Shown here one piece after another: positions 58,681 through 64,000 of a stretch of DNA of 64,000 nt (position 1 is the stretch's first letter; each line of letters begins with the position of its first letter). The DNA lies in assembly GCA_050250855.1 (NCBI GenBank), contig JBFWNW010000001.1:280179-344178 (forward strand). Direction: 5' to 3'. Below the pieces are notes generated by a model that saw nothing but the letters and a program-made list of their open reading frames with translations, was not told the origin of the DNA and did no database searches. Position numbers and translations under genes: made by a program. The stretch is from Candidatus Babeliales bacterium. GTDB lineage: Bacteria; Babelota; Babeliae; Babelales; JACPOV01.

Positions 58681-59574
58681 TTAAACAATATTTTGTACCT
58701 GCTCACGGGCTTTTTCCACTTCAACTTTAATATTAATGGCAAGAGAGCTTATTTCAGAATCATTACATTTTGCTGCTATAGTATTAATTTCGCGAGCAAG
58801 TTCTTGTAAGATAAAATCAAGGCGACGACCTTTTTCTTGCTCTTGCGAATCAATGGTATTTTTAAAGGTGACGACATGATTTTTAAAACGGACAATTTCT
58901 TCATGAATATCCATTTTATCGAGTTCTAAAAAGAGTGCTGCTCGCTGCATTTCTACTAATTCATGAGTATTGTTGCCGAGTTCTTCAAATTTTTTAGTTA
59001 TTTCAATTTTTTTCTTGTTGAGTGATTGTGCTGCTGCCTTTTCAATGACAGTAATATTTTTTTGCATAGTTGCAGCCCTTTCAAGAAGATCTTTTTCAAG
59101 AGCTTTACCTTCCACAGAGCGAACTTCTTTAAGCAGTGTTATAACTTCATCTAATGTTTTAAAAAATATAGTTTTGATATGTTCATCAATGGGTTGTTCC
59201 TGAGAAATAAAGAGATCTTCAAAATGAATCATATCATTAATTGAAATGGTTCCCGGTAAAGAACAGGTTTCCTGAATTTTTTTTAAAGCCTGTGTATATT
59301 CTTGCGCTAGGGTACTATTTGCTTGTAGTGAACCCTGAAATATAGCTGGATTACTTAGTTGTACTAAAAATGTAATAGAGCCACGATGGAGTTTTTGTTT
59401 AAATACTTTAATACATTCTGTTTCTAAGTTAGAAAGGGCTAGAGGCAACCGGCATGTTGCCTCTAAATAGCGACCATTTAAACTTTTTATGCTTAAAGAA
59501 ATCTGTGTTTGATTACCGTGTGCGTCTTGTACGGTAACTGTTTTAGTAGCAAAACCTGTCATACTGGTAATCAT
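58681..59574 (-). CDS. yicC: YicC/YloC family endoribonuclease
   Basis: MITSMTGF, KSLNGRYL, DIHEEIVR, GRRLDFILQE..RE.NT, REQVQN. Confidence 0.92.
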   Translation of the reverse strand: MITSMTGFATKTVTVQDAHGNQTQISLSIKSLNGRYLEATCRLPLALSNLETECIKVFKQKLHRGSITFLVQLSNPAIFQGSLQANSTLAQEYTQALKKIQETCSLPGTISINDMIHFEDLFISQEQPIDEHIKTIFFKTLDEVITLLKEVRSVEGKALEKDLLERAATMQKNITVIEKAAAQSLNKKKIEITKKFEELGNNTHELVEMQRAALFLELDKMDIHEEIVRFKNHVVTFKNTIDSQEQEKGRRLDFILQELAREINTIAAKCNDSEISSLAINIKVEVEKAREQVQNIV

Positions 59575-59584
59575 ACTATTCTCT

Positions 59585-60301
59585 TTATGCTAAATTGGTA
59601 TAAACATTTTGAACGTCGTCATGTTCTTCAATGGCATCAAGAAAGGCTATAGCTTTTTCTTCTTCAGCTTCGCCAAGTTCTGTGGTGTTTTTAGCTACCC
59701 ATTCAAGATCAGCATTACCTATAGTGAATCCTGCATTTTTGAGAGCATTTTTGACAGCATCAAGACATTTTGGTTCACCGGTAACTTCAACCGTATCTTC
59801 ATGAGTCGTTATATTTTTAATATCAAACTCTATAAGAAGTTCTAAGAGCTCATCTTCGCTCATTTTTTTACCGTGAGCACGCACAACCCCTAATCTTTCA
59901 AACATCCAGCTTACAGCGCCTGCATCGGCAATGTTTCCACCTTGTTTTGAAAAAAGATTACGCATTTCTGCTACGGTACGGTTTTTGTTGTCGCTTAAAG
60001 TTTCAACCATTATAGCAATACCATGTGGCCCGTATCCTTCATAGGTGTGTGCTTCATAATGTACACCTGGAAGTTCGCCAGTCCCACGTTTTACCGCGCG
60101 ATTAATATTATCAAGAGGCATATTTATATCACGTGCTTTTTCAATAAGCTGACGCAAACGGGCGTTTCCTGCAGGGTCGCCGCCTCCTGTCTTTGCTGCA
60201 ACCGTAATTTCTTTAGTAAGTCTTGTGAATGCTTTGCCACGTTTGGCATCTTGAGCAGCTTTTTTATGCTTTATATTTGCCCATTTGGAATGACCTGCCA
60301 T
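59585..60301 (-). CDS. yebC: YebC/PmpR family protein
   Basis: MAGHSKWANIKHKK, YEGYGP, DDVQNVYTN. Confidence 0.95.
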   Translation of the reverse strand: MAGHSKWANIKHKKAAQDAKRGKAFTRLTKEITVAAKTGGGDPAGNARLRQLIEKARDINMPLDNINRAVKRGTGELPGVHYEAHTYEGYGPHGIAIMVETLSDNKNRTVAEMRNLFSKQGGNIADAGAVSWMFERLGVVRAHGKKMSEDELLELLIEFDIKNITTHEDTVEVTGEPKCLDAVKNALKNAGFTIGNADLEWVAKNTTELGEAEEEKAIAFLDAIEEHDDVQNVYTNLA

Positions 60302-60315
60302 GTTACTCCTTGAGA

Positions 60316-61335
60316 TCAAAAAACGTTAGTTTGTCCTAAATATTTATTTTTTAAATAGGATAACGCTTTATAAGGGATCTGTCGACCTCTTGCTGTTTTT
60401 TCAAGATATCCTTTGCGCATGAGAAATGGTTCAAAGACGGCTTCAATAGTATCTTTATCTTCACCAAGGAGTGACGCCAATGTTTCTACGCCAACGGGTC
60501 CTCCATCAAAATGTTCAATCATTTTTTTGAGCAGCATATTATCAACAGAACTCAGGCCATCATCGTCTATTCCTAAAAAGAGAAGAGCTTCTTTGACCAA
60601 TGGTTCATCAACTATTTTTTTATGATGTACCTGAGCAAAATCTCGTACACGGCGTGTTATTTTTTTTGCAATACGGGGCGTACCACGCGCACATTTGGCA
60701 ATAATCATGGCAGATTCTTTAGTGAGATTAAGATTTAAAAAGTTAGCATTTTGTAAAACTATTGCCGCTAAATCTTCATCTTCATAGAAATCTAAACGTT
60801 CAATGATGCCAAAGCGGCTGCGTAATGGAGCAGAAATCATCCCACTTTTTGTGGTAGCGCCAATTAAGGTAAAGGGTTGTAAAGGAAGGGTTACGCTTTT
60901 TGCACCAGCACCTTGGCCAATAATTACATCAACACTAAACTGTTCCATGGCACTATACAGAACTTCTTCAACGTTGGTTGGCATGCGATGAATTTCATCT
61001 ATAAAAAAAATATCGCGCGGTTCAAGGCCAGAAAGAATAGCAACCAAATCACCGGTGCGTTCAAGCATCGGGCCGCTGGCAATTTTAATATGCACGTCCA
61101 TTACATGGGCCATAATAGTTGCGAGTGTTGTTTTTCCAAGACCTGGTGGGCCAAAGAGCAAAAGATGATCAAGAGGCTCTTTGCGCATTTTTGCTGCTTG
61201 AGTATAAACGGCTAACTTTTTTTTAAGCTCAGCTTGTCCTAAGTAGTCATCAAATGTTTTAGGATTAAAATCAAGCTGCAGCTCTTCGGGAGTATCTTGC
61301 CTATTTAATAGTTCAAGGGTTTGTAATTCTTCCAT
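60316..61335 (-). CDS. ruvB: Holliday junction branch migration helicase RuvB
   Basis: GPPGLGKTTLA, FIDEIHR, GATT, RGTPRIA, GGPVG. Confidence 0.97.
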   Translation of the reverse strand: MEELQTLELLNRQDTPEELQLDFNPKTFDDYLGQAELKKKLAVYTQAAKMRKEPLDHLLLFGPPGLGKTTLATIMAHVMDVHIKIASGPMLERTGDLVAILSGLEPRDIFFIDEIHRMPTNVEEVLYSAMEQFSVDVIIGQGAGAKSVTLPLQPFTLIGATTKSGMISAPLRSRFGIIERLDFYEDEDLAAIVLQNANFLNLNLTKESAMIIAKCARGTPRIAKKITRRVRDFAQVHHKKIVDEPLVKEALLFLGIDDDGLSSVDNMLLKKMIEHFDGGPVGVETLASLLGEDKDTIEAVFEPFLMRKGYLEKTARGRQIPYKALSYLKNKYLGQTNVF

Positions 61336-61372
61336 ATCTATAATCTTTTTTTGAAATTGTTTATTTGTAAGC

Positions 61373-62050
61373 CTAACTGTTATTTTGTTTCATGTATATA
61401 TGCAAGATGGTTTCATGTGCTGAGCAGCGTTGCCATGAAAGGGATGCTACTTTACTAGTGCTCAAGCAATGCTCTTCTATTTTTTTTCTGCTGTAATAAT
61501 TATTATAAAGTGGAAAACCTTGAAAGGTAATAAGATTTATACGATCATACGGATGCTTATCAGGTACAATAAAAAATACGATTAATGCTTCATAACGTGC
61601 AATACGTATTAATTCATTAATTGCTTGGTGGTACGATGGCAAATGTTCTAATACGTGGCGCGTGTAAGCAATATCAAAACTATCATTATTAAAAGGTATT
61701 TGCTCTATGGAGCCTTGTATGACATTAATATTATTTTTTTGTGCTGTCTCAACATATCCTTGGGTGATATCAATTCCTTGATAATCTATGTTGATGTTGT
61801 CATGCAAAAAGCCTTCCCATTCAATACCTTTGCCGCAACCAGCATCAAGAATACTGGCATAGTTTTTTGCACGAATGTATTCTCGTACTAATTTTCTTGA
61901 AGCTGCTTGCCAATTTTGTAAAGCAGCCAAATAGTTACTGTATGGTGTATTAATATTATTGAGCCACCATTGTTCATAAGGTTTGGGCTCTGTCAAAACG
62001 AGTTGATAGAGCCCAAATAATGTGCATAGGTTCAAATAGTTTTTAAACAT
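61373..62050 (-). CDS. Class I SAM-dependent methyltransferase
   Basis: ILDAGCGKG, GIDIT, PF.NDSFD, RHVLEHL. Confidence 0.85.
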   Translation of the reverse strand: MFKNYLNLCTLFGLYQLVLTEPKPYEQWWLNNINTPYSNYLAALQNWQAASRKLVREYIRAKNYASILDAGCGKGIEWEGFLHDNINIDYQGIDITQGYVETAQKNNINVIQGSIEQIPFNNDSFDIAYTRHVLEHLPSYHQAINELIRIARYEALIVFFIVPDKHPYDRINLITFQGFPLYNNYYSRKKIEEHCLSTSKVASLSWQRCSAHETILHIYMKQNNS

Positions 62051-64000
62051 TAATTCCTATGTTGTCAAAGGTTCCTGATGTTCCTGTTGCAGGAAGCCCG
62101 CCGCTTAATGAACCAGAGACTGTTGGTAGCGGACCACTTGGATATACCACACTGTAATTTGTATTGTTATTGAATGCGAAGTTGCCAGTAAATAAGCTGC
62201 TGCTGTTTGGTGATCCTGCATCACGGTAACCAAATGCATCAAGTAAGCCTGTTGTTGTCATGACATTATTATCTCTTACAAAGCAGGTAATGCACGTAAC
62301 ATTATTTATTAAATCAACATCAAGAAGTACGCCATAGCCAGAGCCAGTTAGTGAATTGCTATTTTGGCAAATGCAATTAATAATTGATGATGCAGTATCG
62401 CCCATTAATAAGAAGCCGGCAGCGACATCTTCAGCAACCATACCCAACGCTTGGCAATTTTCAATTAATATATTCCGGCCAGATTCACTCATAAATCCTA
62501 CACAATCATCACCTGCAAGTACGGTAGCAGTATTTGCAAGAGCTTGGCAATCTATGCAGCTTGAAGAATTTTCTTCATTGAAAATAAATCCGCCACCAGG
62601 GCCATTATTGCCACTCGCAATACAGTTAATGAAGGTGTTATTACCACCTTGAGTAGCAATGAAGCCACGAGCTTGTTGATCATTGAGATTATTATTAGCT
62701 TGGCAGTTTCTGAAGACATTATTAAAGCATGAAGATAAAATTGCGCCAAATGCTCCGCTTGCTACGCTTAAGCTTGTTAAGCCTCTGTTATCATTAAAAA
62801 TGCAATATTCAAAACTGTTATTGTTGCATGCTGACATAGTAAGTCCAGTACCAGATTGAGTACCCCAGTTTGTGTTCATAGTGCAATGACTCAACGAGCA
62901 GTCTGAGCAGTTATCCATAAATAAGCCAAAAACATCCATAGTTGTAGCAGCGCCAAGAGTAAATACTGTATTTTCACTAAAGTTGCTATTGCGTATAGTA
63001 ACATTGCGGCAGTTGGTCATTATGAGTCCACCAGATGCTGATAGTGTAAAGCGCGTAGGACTTTTTGAGTTGATCCCTGAACAGTTAGTTGCTTGACAGC
63101 GATTAATAAATACATTTGCAATAAAATCTGCTCCTGGTGTTATAAAATCATTCAGTACAATACCCCAGAAAGCGCTTGATGATGTTATATTATCAAGCCA
63201 AATATCACAGCAACCACTTTGAATAAAAATACCGCTCAAGCCGTTCATGGCAAGGGTGCCATTCTCTATACGAATGTTGGATAGGTTGGGATCAACAAAG
63301 ATGCCATTGTTTAATGATAAAAGATTACCAGTTATTTTTCTTCCACACAGGTTGAGCGATACATCAGACATTGATATTTGTATTATTCCTGTTCCAGGAC
63401 CGGTTCCTGCTGAAGTAATATTTTCTGCTAATGTATAATTACCAGATTGAGTTATGACATAGGTTCCACCGCCAGCATCAACAAGAGCTTGTGTTATTGG
63501 TGTAGCTTGACAGCAACCGGTATTTTGTAGGCTTTCTAAAATTGTCCAGGTATCTTGGAACTTAGCGCACAGAATTGTTTGCGTGTCAAAGAAACCAAAT
63601 TCAAGGGCAGTCCAAGTATACTGGAACTTTTCACACAGTATCGTTTGTGTATCAAGAAGAATGTGATCTAAAATTGTCCAGGTATCTTGGAACTTGGCGC
63701 ACAGAATTGTTTGCGTGTCAAAGAAACCAAATTCAAGGGCAGTCCAAGTATACTGGAATTTTTCACACAGTACTGTTTGTGTATCAAGAAGAATGTGATC
63801 TAAAATTGTCCAGGTATCTTGGAACTTGGCGCACATAATTGTTTGCGTGTCAAAGAAACCAAATTCAAGGGCGGTCCAAGTATACTGGAATTTTTCACAC
63901 AGTACTGTTTGTGTATCAAGAAGAATGTGATCTAAAATTGTCCAGGTATCTTGGAACTTAGCGCACAGAATTGTTTGCGTGTCAAAGAAACCAAATTCAA
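62043..64000 (-). CDS. Large beta-helix surface protein with hendecad-repeat stalk (5' end outside window)
   Basis: Frame open to window edge; ITQSGNYTLAENI, Cys/Asn-rich beta-helix turns. Confidence 0.8.
   Translation of the reverse strand, partial: EFGFFDTQTILCAKFQDTWTILDHILLDTQTVLCEKFQYTWTALEFGFFDTQTIMCAKFQDTWTILDHILLDTQTVLCEKFQYTWTALEFGFFDTQTILCAKFQDTWTILDHILLDTQTILCEKFQYTWTALEFGFFDTQTILCAKFQDTWTILESLQNTGCCQATPITQALVDAGGGTYVITQSGNYTLAENITSAGTGPGTGIIQISMSDVSLNLCGRKITGNLLSLNNGIFVDPNLSNIRIENGTLAMNGLSGIFIQSGCCDIWLDNITSSSAFWGIVLNDFITPGADFIANVFINRCQATNCSGINSKSPTRFTLSASGGLIMTNCRNVTIRNSNFSENTVFTLGAATTMDVFGLFMDNCSDCSLSHCTMNTNWGTQSGTGLTMSACNNNSFEYCIFNDNRGLTSLSVASGAFGAILSSCFNNVFRNCQANNNLNDQQARGFIATQGGNNTFINCIASGNNGPGGGFIFNEENSSSCIDCQALANTATVLAGDDCVGFMSESGRNILIENCQALGMVAEDVAAGFLLMGDTASSIINCICQNSNSLTGSGYGVLLDVDLINNVTCITCFVRDNNVMTTTGLLDAFGYRDAGSPNSSSLFTGNFAFNNNTNYSVVYPSGPLPTVSGSLSGGLPATGTSGTFDNIGINV
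63537..64000 (-). repeat. 132-bp coding tandem repeat (about 3.5 copies visible)
   Basis: attgtccaggtatcttggaact recurs at 63541, 63673, 63805 and 63937. Confidence 0.95.

Noticed and set aside
63537..64000. Possible CRISPR array
   Set aside because: The sequence between units is repeated rather than unique, the array is in frame in a CDS, and there are no cas genes

Overview
A 64-kb, AT-rich bacterial chromosome segment. The gene content suggests an intracellular, protist-associated bacterium, probably Ca. Dependentiae/Babelota (TM6); this is an inference. Evidence for that lifestyle: nucleotide and amino-acid scavenging genes, and many short signal-peptide proteins with eukaryote-like domains (SET, F-box-like, Skp1/BTB-like plus LRR, alkaline ceramidase-like, STELLO/DUF288-like). 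Housekeeping genes are gatA, prs, mreC, sppA, rpmE, prfA, ppsA, galU, pheS, dnaE, yicC, yebC, ruvB and five tRNAs, interleaved with accessory genes. No prophage, CRISPR array, integrase or transposase was seen. The most unusual features are: (1) a family of modular, self-nesting palindromic elements, comprising three 300-410 bp composites with inverted termini plus smaller modules, two of them joined exactly at tRNA CCA ends; (2) six unrelated exported proteins whose signal peptides end just before Met-Asp/Met-Glu; (3) a two-gene split version of the eukaryotic STELLO glycosyltransferase; (4) two beta-helix surface proteins with hendecad or CxC repeat arms; (5) candidate operator arrays for PadR, a TrpR/YerC-like repressor and a Fic-HTH protein. 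All family assignments come from motif recognition by eye; no database searches were run.
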